From a virus (taxonomy: Duplodnaviria; Heunggongvirae; Uroviricota; Caudoviricetes), in IMG/VR virus record IMGVR_UViG_3300007747_000008, positions 45,828 through 109,827 of that record: a DNA stretch of 64,000 nt. One strand, 5' to 3'. Both the position numbers and the translations under genes were made by a program. Positions 10,049 through 19,016 of the stretch are shown in pieces. Positions within the stretch are counted from its first letter, which is position 1. Every line of letters begins with the position of its first letter. The notes beneath the pieces were generated by a model. It was not told where the DNA came from. It searched no databases and saw only the letters and a list, made by a program, of their open reading frames with translations.

Positions 10049-12374
10049 TGCTTGCATTTCCTTCATCATTGTCTGTTAACTGGTCACGTCTGCGTAATGA
10101 ACGCATAACGATACCAGCGGATAATTGTTGTGTGAATGACCCATTTGGACCAAATTCACTTACTACTTTGTTTACTCTATAAACTGTTTGTGAAAATATA
10201 GTAGGAGTATCGTAATCCAAAATACCAGTACGTTCACTAATTGAAACAACAGGTTTTATATTAAGTAATAGATATGCTTCACTGTTAATCCAGTTTGCAA
10301 AGTGTACGTCGGTAGTATCTACTTCAATATCTTCACCAGCTACTGCTTTTTTCAAATAGTTCATGTATGAAATATCACTCCATCCTAACCAGAATGGGTC
10401 ACCAACAACTTTCATATCTAGTTTACTTAAGAATGAACGGTTATAATAGTTATCACGCATTAAACGACGATCCATTTCATAACTAGTACTATTATCATTC
10501 ACAGAACCAGATTTGGTTGTTTTAATATTTTCAGGTTCAGTAGGTATTGCATCGACTGTACCATTTTTACCACCAATACCCTCAGTACCGGCATATGTCA
10601 TATCGTATTCGTTTCGATAGTCTTCGATGTATCTTGGTCCAGTACTTTGATAACCAATATTATTAGTTTGTTCGTCCTGTTGACCAACTTTCATCTGTGT
10701 TACTGCATCAGTATCTCGGATAAATTGTAATTCTGACTGAGATAAAGTTCTACCCTTAGCTTGTTCATCTTTTAAATCTTGAGATTTACTCCACATGTCA
10801 GTTACATTTGATGCAATATTAGTATTATATGTTACATCACCTAGTTGAATATACTCAGCGGCGTGTGTACCCTCTCGGTTTTCAATATCACGTTGAGTGT
10901 CAGGGTTACGGGTTACTGCTATGTTGAAACCTTGATCAAATTTAAGTTCAAGGTTTAATATTTCTTGGTTTAACCCAGTAAATTGGTAATCATAACGCTT
11001 TATATTAAGCTTAGGTTCATTATTACCCGGTTCTGCATACTTGTCAGCATTTTCAAAGAAGTATTCGAAGTTGAATTTTTCATGTTTAAGGTCTTCTTCA
11101 CTTACCACATCACCTATATTATATTTTACAATATAAAAGTGGTTTTTATATGCTAAATTTGCACGAATTGGATCATAACCAACAACTTTTTGTACTGGAA
11201 TAATATTAATAAATTGTCTACGGCGATCAGTACTTGATTGTACTGGAATGCAACAGTCAATAACGTCATCAAATGCACGTGATACTGGAACATCAGCACT
11301 CCATGAGAAGTTTTTAGCACCATCGGAACCATTTGCGGTGGTTCCTACTTCTTTGGATTGCTTCATATCATAGTTTATAGACATACCAGCTAATTCATCA
11401 GGCACATGAATCTCATAATAAAGACCATTTGCAAATTCAGAGTACTTATGTTGTAAGTAACCATATTGTTTGTTTGCCATACTGTTCAATTTGTCCTGTA
11501 TTTGTTGAACAAAATCCCCAAAGGTCGCAGAAGTACAAGTATAAGGTTCTTTTAACATCCAGTTTTTGTTTTCAACTAATCCTGCACGAGCACGAGTCAT
11601 TTGCAAATCATATATCATAGTACCACCACTATCAGTTGCACGTGCTTTAATAGTATTGATTCGGACTGCCCATTTACGATTCAATCCGGGAATTCTATTT
11701 GGTTTACCAGTTACTGGGTGAAATCCAATGAAATCCATTTCCATAATTAATGGGAGATCCATAAATTTGTTATATCCTAGATCATTTGCTAGTACTACCA
11801 AATCATTAAACAAACTCATACCATTATTTTCGGATATTGACATGACACAGTTGTTAAAAGAGAAGTTTGATGTCAATCCCGGTGATGCTGGTCCTGCCGT
11901 GGTTATTTGTACACTATCTATACTAAATCGTCCAGTTACTCCACTCTCTGCTATTATATGTCTATTAACTTCGGTATCTGGATTATCCCAAAATAGCTGA
12001 TACTCAGAACTACTCAATCCAAACAGTGTGAAGTGATAGGTATAATTATCATACTGCAAAAGAACATTATCGTATGGTACAACGAAATCGTTTAGATTTG
12101 AATTTGAATATGTACCTTCAGTACTATCCCAGTTTTTTGGTCGCTCTCCAGTAATTTTTGCTTTGTATGGATTTGAGCTATTAGGATTAACCCCCGGAAT
12201 ATCACCTGATACTAATTCTTTTGATTTATTAGTAGGGACAGTACTTACAACATTCTGTGATATTGTTTCTGCATTGTTAACTGCGTTATATGTTAATTCA
12301 TTGGCCTGAGCACCTATACCAGACGTTATTTCATTTATTGTATTCGTTGCTGCTTTTGGAATTTCGTTAGCCAT
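10041..12374 (-). CDS. Baseplate hub protein (gp27/late control D-like, putative)
   Basis: 777 aa between gp53-like and gp5-like genes, the usual hub position; C-terminal GDPFWL...YRVNKVVSEF..GSFTQQL. Confidence 0.55.
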   Translation of the reverse strand: MANEIPKAATNTINEITSGIGAQANELTYNAVNNAETISQNVVSTVPTNKSKELVSGDIPGVNPNSSNPYKAKITGERPKNWDSTEGTYSNSNLNDFVVPYDNVLLQYDNYTYHFTLFGLSSSEYQLFWDNPDTEVNRHIIAESGVTGRFSIDSVQITTAGPASPGLTSNFSFNNCVMSISENNGMSLFNDLVVLANDLGYNKFMDLPLIMEMDFIGFHPVTGKPNRIPGLNRKWAVRINTIKARATDSGGTMIYDLQMTRARAGLVENKNWMLKEPYTCTSATFGDFVQQIQDKLNSMANKQYGYLQHKYSEFANGLYYEIHVPDELAGMSINYDMKQSKEVGTTANGSDGAKNFSWSADVPVSRAFDDVIDCCIPVQSSTDRRRQFINIIPVQKVVGYDPIRANLAYKNHFYIVKYNIGDVVSEEDLKHEKFNFEYFFENADKYAEPGNNEPKLNIKRYDYQFTGLNQEILNLELKFDQGFNIAVTRNPDTQRDIENREGTHAAEYIQLGDVTYNTNIASNVTDMWSKSQDLKDEQAKGRTLSQSELQFIRDTDAVTQMKVGQQDEQTNNIGYQSTGPRYIEDYRNEYDMTYAGTEGIGGKNGTVDAIPTEPENIKTTKSGSVNDNSTSYEMDRRLMRDNYYNRSFLSKLDMKVVGDPFWLGWSDISYMNYLKKAVAGEDIEVDTTDVHFANWINSEAYLLLNIKPVVSISERTGILDYDTPTIFSQTVYRVNKVVSEFGPNGSFTQQLSAGIVMRSLRRRDQLTDNDEGNASNG

Positions 12375-12385
12375 TTAAACCTCTA

Positions 12386-12700
12386 TTAATTAACTCTTCG
12401 TGGACTGCTTAGATAAATTTGAATTCTTTGTAATGATGGAATTCTAATAACAGTCCCTGCTTTAAAATCATAAATTGGATCTACTAAAATATTAGGATTT
12501 AGTAGTGAGAATACATAATACAAACGTTCATTACCATATAATTCGTATGATAATCTCCACGGTTGCTCATCATATTCACTAGGAATAGTATAGTTGATAT
12601 CTGAATCAGCAGGTAAAATTCCTATTGGTAAACTATAAGATAGAAACCATGTTTGGCGTACTTTCGCGTATGGAGAGTACTGACTATATGTTGATGCCAT
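12386..12700 (-). CDS. Baseplate wedge gp53-like (LysM-like)
   Basis: YTIPSEYDEQPWRLSYELYGNERLYYVFSLLNP...YDFKAGTVIRIP matches the gp53 pattern. Confidence 0.8.
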   Translation of the reverse strand: MASTYSQYSPYAKVRQTWFLSYSLPIGILPADSDINYTIPSEYDEQPWRLSYELYGNERLYYVFSLLNPNILVDPIYDFKAGTVIRIPSLQRIQIYLSSPRRVN

Positions 12701-13431
12701 TAGATAAATCCTCCTTTTCTCATTAATGCTCCACGTTTGAATGCATTAAGATTAAAATCTTTTGTCATGTAATCGGATGTTGGTTGTTCTTCCAATTGAA
12801 TTGTAATTGGTAATTTTTGGGGAATCCAAACTTCATTTTCTTTATTCATTACCCCAGTTGATCGTAAGTTATTAAAGAATGCACGGGAATCCTTATCAGT
12901 AATGTTGAATTTAGAAGTTACTGAATCAACTGGTACTTGGATTAGTGGTACGTCATTTTGTAAACTAATATTATACGATTTAATTATCACTGGAACGTCA
13001 TTATACATATACCTTCCATAACCACTGAATAGTAAAATTGGCGGTGCAGCACCAACAACGGCAATATCTGGGTTATTTGCCACTGCCGCTTGTCTACCAA
13101 AGTCCATTAGTGATGTTGCCCTGAAAAAGTTCATACAGGCTAATGTGTACATTGCTTCTGCCGCTGTATTGGAATAAAAATCACCTTGAATAGTTATAAT
13201 TGCATTAGATGTGTTCTTATAGTTGTTATAGTTGGCATTACTATGCATAGTTTGTTGAGTTTCATAGGAAACTGAACGTTGTTCGGAAACAACTGGTGTA
13301 TAATTCCATACTACTCCGTTGGTAGAACGTAGTATAGATAATAATGTTGGGTTACTTAAATCACCACTATCACCATACACGTAATTTTGTGCTGCCGGGC
13401 GTGGTCGTAATCTAATTCTGCGGTCTATCAT
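12700..13431 (-). CDS. Baseplate/tail-tube initiator protein (gp48/gp54-like, putative)
   Basis: Likely start ATG 13431 (AGGAG RBS; MIDRRIRL); APPILLFSGYG.YMYNDVPVII motif; first gene of the baseplate operon. Confidence 0.55.
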   Translation of the reverse strand: MIDRRIRLRPRPAAQNYVYGDSGDLSNPTLLSILRSTNGVVWNYTPVVSEQRSVSYETQQTMHSNANYNNYKNTSNAIITIQGDFYSNTAAEAMYTLACMNFFRATSLMDFGRQAAVANNPDIAVVGAAPPILLFSGYGRYMYNDVPVIIKSYNISLQNDVPLIQVPVDSVTSKFNITDKDSRAFFNNLRSTGVMNKENEVWIPQKLPITIQLEEQPTSDYMTKDFNLNAFKRGALMRKGGFI

Positions 13432-13459
13432 AAAAATTCTCCTAAAAAGACTTATCATA

Positions 13460-13467
13460 TATTTATA
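13460..13467 (-). promoter_or_regulatory. Late promoter TATAAATA for the baseplate operon
   Basis: Exact consensus on minus strand 29 nt upstream of ATG 13431. Confidence 0.75.
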
Positions 13468-13470
13468 AAC

Positions 13471-13500
13471 TTGGGACAAATCAAAAAAATGTGATATAAT
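13471..13500 (+). promoter_or_regulatory. Pre-replicative promoter (TTGGGACA...ATGTGATATAAT class) for gp55-47-46
   Basis: GGGACA 13473-78, 16-nt spacer, TATAAT 13495-500 with extended TG; one of 10 copies in the window. Confidence 0.8.
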
Positions 13501-13551
13501 AGTGAGGTGGGACACGGATCGTCTCATGGAAAAAATATGGAGTGTTACAAT

Positions 13552-14397
13552 ATGATCACTAAAATGAAGCGTAAGAAGTATCTTAATAACGCTGACCTAC
13601 TTAGAGAAATTCACATAAGTAAAATGTCGTACTGTTGGTTAATTGATAACAGTTATAGCATGTATGACTATATAGTATTTGATGTCAATGAAATTGATGA
13701 AGAGTTACTAGCAAAAGCTAGTGCAGCAAGAATTAAACGTCTTAATAATGAAACAGTTGATGGTATACGAGCACGAGACAGTCTTTCAGCAAAGAAAGCG
13801 AAAGAATATGCCGACTCAAATGGTTTAATCCTTACCTCAGTTCCAATAGATGAAGTAGTTATCAGGGTTATCACTGATGAGCATATCCCAGAAGATAAGG
13901 GAAGTAAGATTCGTGTTAATTTTGAGCCATTCAAACATTACATCGTTGATGAAGACAACATTTTTTATGAAGTTGCTCGTTCACACTGGTTAGGTGACAC
14001 TGACAGTGGGGAGTTTTGCTTAACTCACGGAAGGATGACCAATGAATTAGGTAAAATGTTTATCAAACTTGCAGAAGAAATTTCCCATAAAACTAATTAC
14101 CGTAATTATACGTACTTAGATGAAATGATGGGTGATGCAAGAATACAATTAGTTAAGAATGCATTACTTTTTAAAGAAAGTATTTTGTATAAAAAAGACA
14201 AACCTGCTGTTCAATTGAATCCCTTTTCCTATTATACATCATTTGTCAACAATGCATTCCGTTCAGTACTTAATACTGAAAAGAATGTTCGTAATATCAG
14301 AGATGACTTACTCGAAATCAATGGTTTCACCCCTAGTCATACAAGACAAATTGAAATTGAAATGAAAATGATGGAAGGAAAAAATGGCTCTATTTGA
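13552..14397 (+). CDS. Late-transcription sigma factor, T4 gp55-like
   Basis: MTNELGKMFIKLAEEISHKTNYRNYTYLDEMMGD...NPFSYYTSFVNNAF matches the gp55 core; precedes gp47/gp46 as in T4; start at ATG 13552 (GGAG RBS). Confidence 0.85.
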   Translation: MITKMKRKKYLNNADLLREIHISKMSYCWLIDNSYSMYDYIVFDVNEIDEELLAKASAARIKRLNNETVDGIRARDSLSAKKAKEYADSNGLILTSVPIDEVVIRVITDEHIPEDKGSKIRVNFEPFKHYIVDEDNIFYEVARSHWLGDTDSGEFCLTHGRMTNELGKMFIKLAEEISHKTNYRNYTYLDEMMGDARIQLVKNALLFKESILYKKDKPAVQLNPFSYYTSFVNNAFRSVLNTEKNVRNIRDDLLEINGFTPSHTRQIEIEMKMMEGKNGSI

Positions 14398-15415
14398 TAA
14401 AGCAGTAACCTTTACTGATATTCATCTAGGATTGAAGAATAATAGTAAAGAACATAACATAGATTGCGTGAACTTTGTTAAATTCATGATAGAAGAAGCA
14501 AAGCAACGCGGAATTACTATTTGCATTTTTATGGGAGACTTTTTCCATAACAGAAGTAATGTTAATATCAGTACTTTAAACCACGGCCTAGAAATTATGA
14601 ATCTCCTTAATGAAAACTTTGAGAAGACTTATTTTCTAGTAGGCAACCATGATATGTATCATAAAAACAAACGCGATATTACCAGTATTAATATGGCAAA
14701 GGCGTTTAATAATATCGAATTCATAAATCAAATAACAACAATCGATGATTGTACTTTTATTCCATTTATGGTTGATGATGAATACACAAAATTACCTTCC
14801 TTAACAAGTAAGTATGTTTTTGGTCACTTGGAACTTCCGGGTTACCTTTTGAACAAAATGGTTGAGATGCCAAATCATGGCAAAGAGACGCAAGAATCCT
14901 TTAACGGGTGTGAATATGTTTTTACTGGTCACTTCCATAAGAGACAGTCTAAAATAACACCTTCCGGTACTAAAATCATTTATACCGGAAACTGTTTCCC
15001 ACATAACTTCTCAGATACATGGGATGATGCTCGTGGTATCATGTTCCTAGAACACAATAAAGAGCCACAGTTCAAAGCATGGGATGCAGCACCAAAATAT
15101 AGAACTTTCACACTATCAGAACTTCTAAATGAACCATCATATTATGTTCAAGATAATGTTATCGCTAAAGTACAAGTAGATATTCCAGTATCGATGAATG
15201 AAATTAGCTATATTCGTGAAGTATTCACAAAACTATACAATATTAGGGAATTTAATATTGTTAATAGTAAGAAAGCGTTACAGGAAAGTTTAGAGTACGG
15301 TAAAACAGAAACAAATACTGAATCAGTCGATGAAATTGTATTAAAACAAATACAAGAAATTGACTCCCCAATGTTTGATAAGAATCTACTAATGCAAATT
15401 TATACATCATTATAA
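14384..15415 (+). CDS. Recombination endonuclease subunit, gp47/Mre11/SbcD-like
   Basis: DIHLG, GDFFH, GNHD, GHLE, GHFHKR phosphoesterase motifs. Confidence 0.92.
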   Translation: MALFDKAVTFTDIHLGLKNNSKEHNIDCVNFVKFMIEEAKQRGITICIFMGDFFHNRSNVNISTLNHGLEIMNLLNENFEKTYFLVGNHDMYHKNKRDITSINMAKAFNNIEFINQITTIDDCTFIPFMVDDEYTKLPSLTSKYVFGHLELPGYLLNKMVEMPNHGKETQESFNGCEYVFTGHFHKRQSKITPSGTKIIYTGNCFPHNFSDTWDDARGIMFLEHNKEPQFKAWDAAPKYRTFTLSELLNEPSYYVQDNVIAKVQVDIPVSMNEISYIREVFTKLYNIREFNIVNSKKALQESLEYGKTETNTESVDEIVLKQIQEIDSPMFDKNLLMQIYTSL

Positions 15416-15426
15416 TGGAGAAATGA

Positions 15427-17583
15427 ATGTTAAACATAAAAAAAATTACCATGAGAAACTTTTTCTCATTCGGTAATGCACCACAAGAACTTGAATTCCA
15501 AGGAAAGGATATTTCACTAGTACTAGGCCAAAATAATGACGTTGTTGTTGATGGTGGTGACAGTACTGGTAGACGTAATGGTGTTGGTAAATCAGCAATC
15601 ATTCAAGGTCTTGTTTATGGTTTGTATGGTAGAAGTATTGGTAACGACATTAAAATCCCAAACTTAGTTAATAAAACTAATACAAAGAATTGTGAAGTAA
15701 CTATCGAATTCGATAAAGATGGAATTGAATATCGTGTTGAACGTGGGCGTAGTCCCACGTATTTCAATTTCCTAACTGTCAAAGACGGTGTAGTAATTGA
15801 AGATGATTCTAGAGGGGAAAAGAAAGATACACAGGAAGAATTGAATGAAATTCTAGGTATCTCACAGACGTTATTTGAACATATCGTAGTTCTTAATGCT
15901 AACGTAGACCCTTTTCTTTCACTGAGCGTACAAAAGCAACGCGAAATGATTGAGGAACTACTTGGAATTACCCAACTCACCGAAAAGGCTGAGCTTCTTA
16001 AGGATATGCAAAAAGATTCTAAGAAAATGGCAGAACAAGAAAAGTTTAAAATCGATACATTAATATCATCTAATGTTAGAATTCAAAAAAGTATTGAAAA
16101 TCTTCAACTACAAGCTAATACATTCGAAAGTAATAAGGTTGCCAAGATTATCGATTTGGAAACTAAATTGAAAGATTATGATTTTGCTGAACAGTTTGGT
16201 TTTGAACCACTTTATACGAGTGCCAGTGAAATGGAAAAGGCAATTGAACACAATAATAAAAGAGCAGTTCTAGAAAATAGACTTAACTCTATTATGGAAA
16301 AACGTGAACAATATGATCAAAAACTAAAAACCAACAAATTATTAGTACTTTCAAAGATTGAAGAACTTAAATCAATTGATATAGTGGAAGAATTAAAACT
16401 CCACGATGAAGTTGAATCATGGAATCAATTAGAATCTATTTTGAAAACTAATAAAAATACTAAGCTTCTCAAAGATCACACGCTTAAACAACGTGAAACT
16501 GAATTGAATCGTTTAATCAATTCAATTAAATCAGAAGAAGACAAGCTTAGTACAGTTAAAGATAGTAAATGCCCAACATGTAATAGTACATTGGAAAAAG
16601 ATCATAACCATTCAGATATGATTAATAAAATAAATGATACAATTACTGAATTGAAATCCCATAAATTGAATGTAGAAGGTGAGATATCTGTTATAGTTGG
16701 TGAGATTGGTGAGATTGAAATTTTTGATATGCCAGCAAAACCGGTTACAAAATATTCAACATTATCAGAAGCTAAACTTCATGAGCATATGCTTTCAGAA
16801 AATATGAAAAAATATGAAATTGAAGAAGTTAATATATACGACGAGGAACTAATCAGTACTTATACTGAATTAGAAAGTACTGCCTTGATGGAATATGATG
16901 TAGTTTTCAGCACATCTGAAGTACAGACAATGGAAATGATGTTTAAATCGTTAAAGGAACAGTTACAACGTGAACAAAGTACAGATAACCCGTATTTTTC
17001 ACAGATTGAAACCTTAAAGACTGAATCTCTACAAACAGTTGACTATTTGCAGTATGATGAATTGGAAAAATTAGCTAATCACCAAGATTTCTTGGTAAAA
17101 TTACTACTCAATAAAGATTCATATGTTCGTAAACGTATAATTGAACAAAATATCACGTTCCTTAATACTAGACTTCAATATTACATTGAACAGTGTGATT
17201 CTGAACACTTTGTTAAATTTATGAATGATCTAAGTGTTGAAATTACATTGAATGAACAGTCATATGATTTTAAACAATTATCTAGAGGTGAAAGGACACG
17301 TGTTAACGTGGCATTGTCATTAGCATTTAGGGATACATATGAATCACTATATCAACCAATTAATATCGTAATCATTGATGAAATGATTGATGTTGGATTG
17401 GATCCATCAGGTATAGCACGTATGTGGACAATTTTTGCTGATTTTGCAGTGATTGAACGTAAAAATGTGTTTGTTATCTCTCACAAAGAGGAATTACTTA
17501 GCAAAACTGAGAATATACTCAAGATTGTTAAAGAAGATGGTTTCAGTACTATCGAATATGCGTCACTTGATGACGTTTTTTAA
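15427..17583 (+). CDS. Recombination ATPase subunit, gp46/Rad50/SbcC-like
   Basis: Walker A RNGVGKS, coiled coils, CPTC zinc hook, LSRGE signature, IVIIDE Walker B, VISH. Confidence 0.95.
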   Translation: MLNIKKITMRNFFSFGNAPQELEFQGKDISLVLGQNNDVVVDGGDSTGRRNGVGKSAIIQGLVYGLYGRSIGNDIKIPNLVNKTNTKNCEVTIEFDKDGIEYRVERGRSPTYFNFLTVKDGVVIEDDSRGEKKDTQEELNEILGISQTLFEHIVVLNANVDPFLSLSVQKQREMIEELLGITQLTEKAELLKDMQKDSKKMAEQEKFKIDTLISSNVRIQKSIENLQLQANTFESNKVAKIIDLETKLKDYDFAEQFGFEPLYTSASEMEKAIEHNNKRAVLENRLNSIMEKREQYDQKLKTNKLLVLSKIEELKSIDIVEELKLHDEVESWNQLESILKTNKNTKLLKDHTLKQRETELNRLINSIKSEEDKLSTVKDSKCPTCNSTLEKDHNHSDMINKINDTITELKSHKLNVEGEISVIVGEIGEIEIFDMPAKPVTKYSTLSEAKLHEHMLSENMKKYEIEEVNIYDEELISTYTELESTALMEYDVVFSTSEVQTMEMMFKSLKEQLQREQSTDNPYFSQIETLKTESLQTVDYLQYDELEKLANHQDFLVKLLLNKDSYVRKRIIEQNITFLNTRLQYYIEQCDSEHFVKFMNDLSVEITLNEQSYDFKQLSRGERTRVNVALSLAFRDTYESLYQPINIVIIDEMIDVGLDPSGIARMWTIFADFAVIERKNVFVISHKEELLSKTENILKIVKEDGFSTIEYASLDDVF

Positions 17584-17586
17584 ACT

Positions 17587-17613
17587 AAAGGGAGCAATTA
17601 GCTCCCTTTTTTT
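17587..17613. terminator. Bidirectional intrinsic terminator
   Basis: AAAGGGAGC-AATTA-GCTCCCTTTTTTT between convergent gp46 and endoVII. Confidence 0.85.
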
Positions 17614-18092
17614 ATATTAAGCATATCCAGCTTACCTTCCTTGATCAATTTTCGGGCTTGGTTAGCTCTTTTCTTGACATTACTCTCTGGAATAACACCA
17701 AATGATGATAAAATATCACATTGTTGTTTTGCAGGTAATGCCTTGTACTTTTTCACGTCTACTGTTAGTGCTGTATGGTGTATTACCATATCTTCTTCAC
17801 TAATATTACCATTTTTTTCCAAATAGTCAGCTAAATTACGTAGTACTTCATGAATAGGCTTATTAGTTAAATGACCTAAACATCTTCTATATGAATTAAC
17901 CACTCTTCCTTCCCAACCATTTACTTCATTCTGTAGTACTTCTCGGCAATGTTGATTACCTTGATGATAATGGTCTAGTACTGGCTTAGTAATCTTAATA
18001 CCAATAATAGGATCTATGCCATTTTGTTTTTTTAACAATTCATTACGATACTTTGCAGCATCTTTTGAATCTTTTAATCGTCGTTTTCCCAT
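17598..18092 (-). CDS. Endonuclease VII (gp49-like Holliday junction resolvase)
   Basis: KQNG...VLDHYH...VLQNEVNGWEGRV...LRNLADYL aligns with T4 gp49 (D40/H41/N62/E65 equivalents kept). Confidence 0.75.
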   Translation of the reverse strand: MGKRRLKDSKDAAKYRNELLKKQNGIDPIIGIKITKPVLDHYHQGNQHCREVLQNEVNGWEGRVVNSYRRCLGHLTNKPIHEVLRNLADYLEKNGNISEEDMVIHHTALTVDVKKYKALPAKQQCDILSSFGVIPESNVKKRANQARKLIKEGKLDMLNIKKGS

Positions 18093-18134
18093 TTAAGTAC
18101 TTTCCTTAATAATTTTCTATATGTATTTAGAATT

Positions 18135-18165
18135 TCGGGACAGATCCGGTTTTATGTGATATAAT
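18135..18165 (+). promoter_or_regulatory. Pre-replicative promoter pointing into the non-coding region
   Basis: GGGACA 18137-42, 17 nt, TATAAT 18160-65 with ATGTGA upstream; same class as the replication-gene promoters. Confidence 0.8.
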
Positions 18166-18171
18166 ATAGAT

Positions 18172-18617
18172 AACCCAGTGTGGATGCGTAAAAGCATACA
18201 ATTCAAACCTGATTCACTCGAAAATGTAGAGGACAGATGAGCAGACCACACGTGCGAAGTGCAAATTATACCCGTTAGGAGATGGCGATTGTACCACCCA
18301 CGGCAATGCGGCACTATAAATGAACGCGATAAGCAGACTGACGTTCACTAGATAGACATATGAGGAAACACCTTACCACACTTGCTAAGGGAGTTTAGAT
18401 TTTGCTGGCTATAGATCCGCCCAAAATTTGAACAACATTAAGATTCGATTGTATGGATTTTAATGTAGCGTAGTAGGACTACGACCGTTGCACATGACAG
18501 TGATAGAGAGAAACAGAGCAACCCGCTTTCGTTCTAATCAATTTAGAAATTCACTATACAATAATTCCGATGCTATCAGCGTCAAGCAATATTCAGATCC
18601 TTAATTGGGTCTTTTTT
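18172..18617 (+). ncRNA. Candidate large structured non-coding RNA (~445 nt), family unassigned
   Basis: Bounded by a class promoter and an intrinsic terminator; no ORF of 60 aa or more on +; at least 7 hand-found helices; more GC-rich than flanks. Confidence 0.6.
18595..18617 (+). terminator. Intrinsic terminator ending the ncRNA candidate
   Basis: AGATCC-TTAATT-GGGTCT then a T run. Confidence 0.65.
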
Positions 18618-18623
18618 ATTGTC

Positions 18624-18647
18624 TTCATCCCCCTGCGGGGGGATGAA
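18624..18647. repeat. Perfect GC-rich inverted repeat
   Basis: TTCATCCCCC-TGCG-GGGGGATGAA, 10-bp stem, no adjacent U-tract on either strand. Confidence 0.85.
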
Positions 18648-18816
18648 ATTGCCTCTACAAATCTCGTCAAGTATTAAAGTACATAAGAATTTAAAACAAT
18701 TATCTAAATGAATTGAAATTATGAATAACGAATGAAATGAGTTATGAATAATTGAAAATTCTTAGACAATCGTAGATTGGCTAATCACATAATATAAATT
18801 ACATTATTACAGATAT

Positions 18817-18842
18817 AAAAAAACCAGCAAAATATGCTGGTT
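18817..18842 (-). terminator. Intrinsic terminator for the gp26/gp51-like unit
   Basis: AACCAGCA-TATTT-TGCTGGTT-TTTTT on minus strand, overlapping the stop at 18841. Confidence 0.85.
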
Positions 18843-18999
18843 ATTGTTTGTTTTCTTTTGTAACTTTTTTGTTATATGCCTTAACCAGAAGATCTCTTTC
18901 ATTAGTTGGCATGTTTAATAGCGTCTCATAGTTCGTATTAGTGATATAGACTGATATCTCCATCAAAGCTGCTTTTAACTCTTTGACATTCAGTTCCAT
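18841..18999 (-). CDS. gp51-like baseplate hub assembly ORF (52 aa from ATG; probably reached by -1 frameshift from gp26-like)
   Basis: MELNVKELKAALMEISVYITNTNYETLLNMPTNERDLLVKAYNKKVTKENKQ*; LNMP..ER motif of gp51-like proteins; frame is open back to the slippery site at 19053-19059. Confidence 0.6.
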   Translation of the reverse strand: MELNVKELKAALMEISVYITNTNYETLLNMPTNERDLLVKAYNKKVTKENKQ

Positions 19000-19016
19000 A
19001 TCACTAATAAATTTAC

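Noticed and set aside
13432-13551. Longer N-termini given by the ORF track (also 10069, 22073, 24322, 32438, 50746, 54310, 58177, 58797)
   Set aside because: They overlap promoters or neighbouring genes; downstream ATGs with clear RBS were preferred.
18117-18314. 65-aa minus-strand ORF in the non-coding region
   Set aside because: No RBS, atypical composition, and antisense to a clear promoter-terminator unit.
18362-18530. RNase P-like words GAGGAAACACC and AACAGAGCAACCCGCTT in the ncRNA candidate
   Set aside because: The two segments are not complementary, so helix P4 cannot form.
18172-18617. tmRNA, tRNA or group I intron identity for the ncRNA
   Set aside because: No acceptor stem or CCA end, no tag frame, TTCAAA/TTCGA words lack T-stems, no convincing P7 pair, and it does not interrupt a gene.
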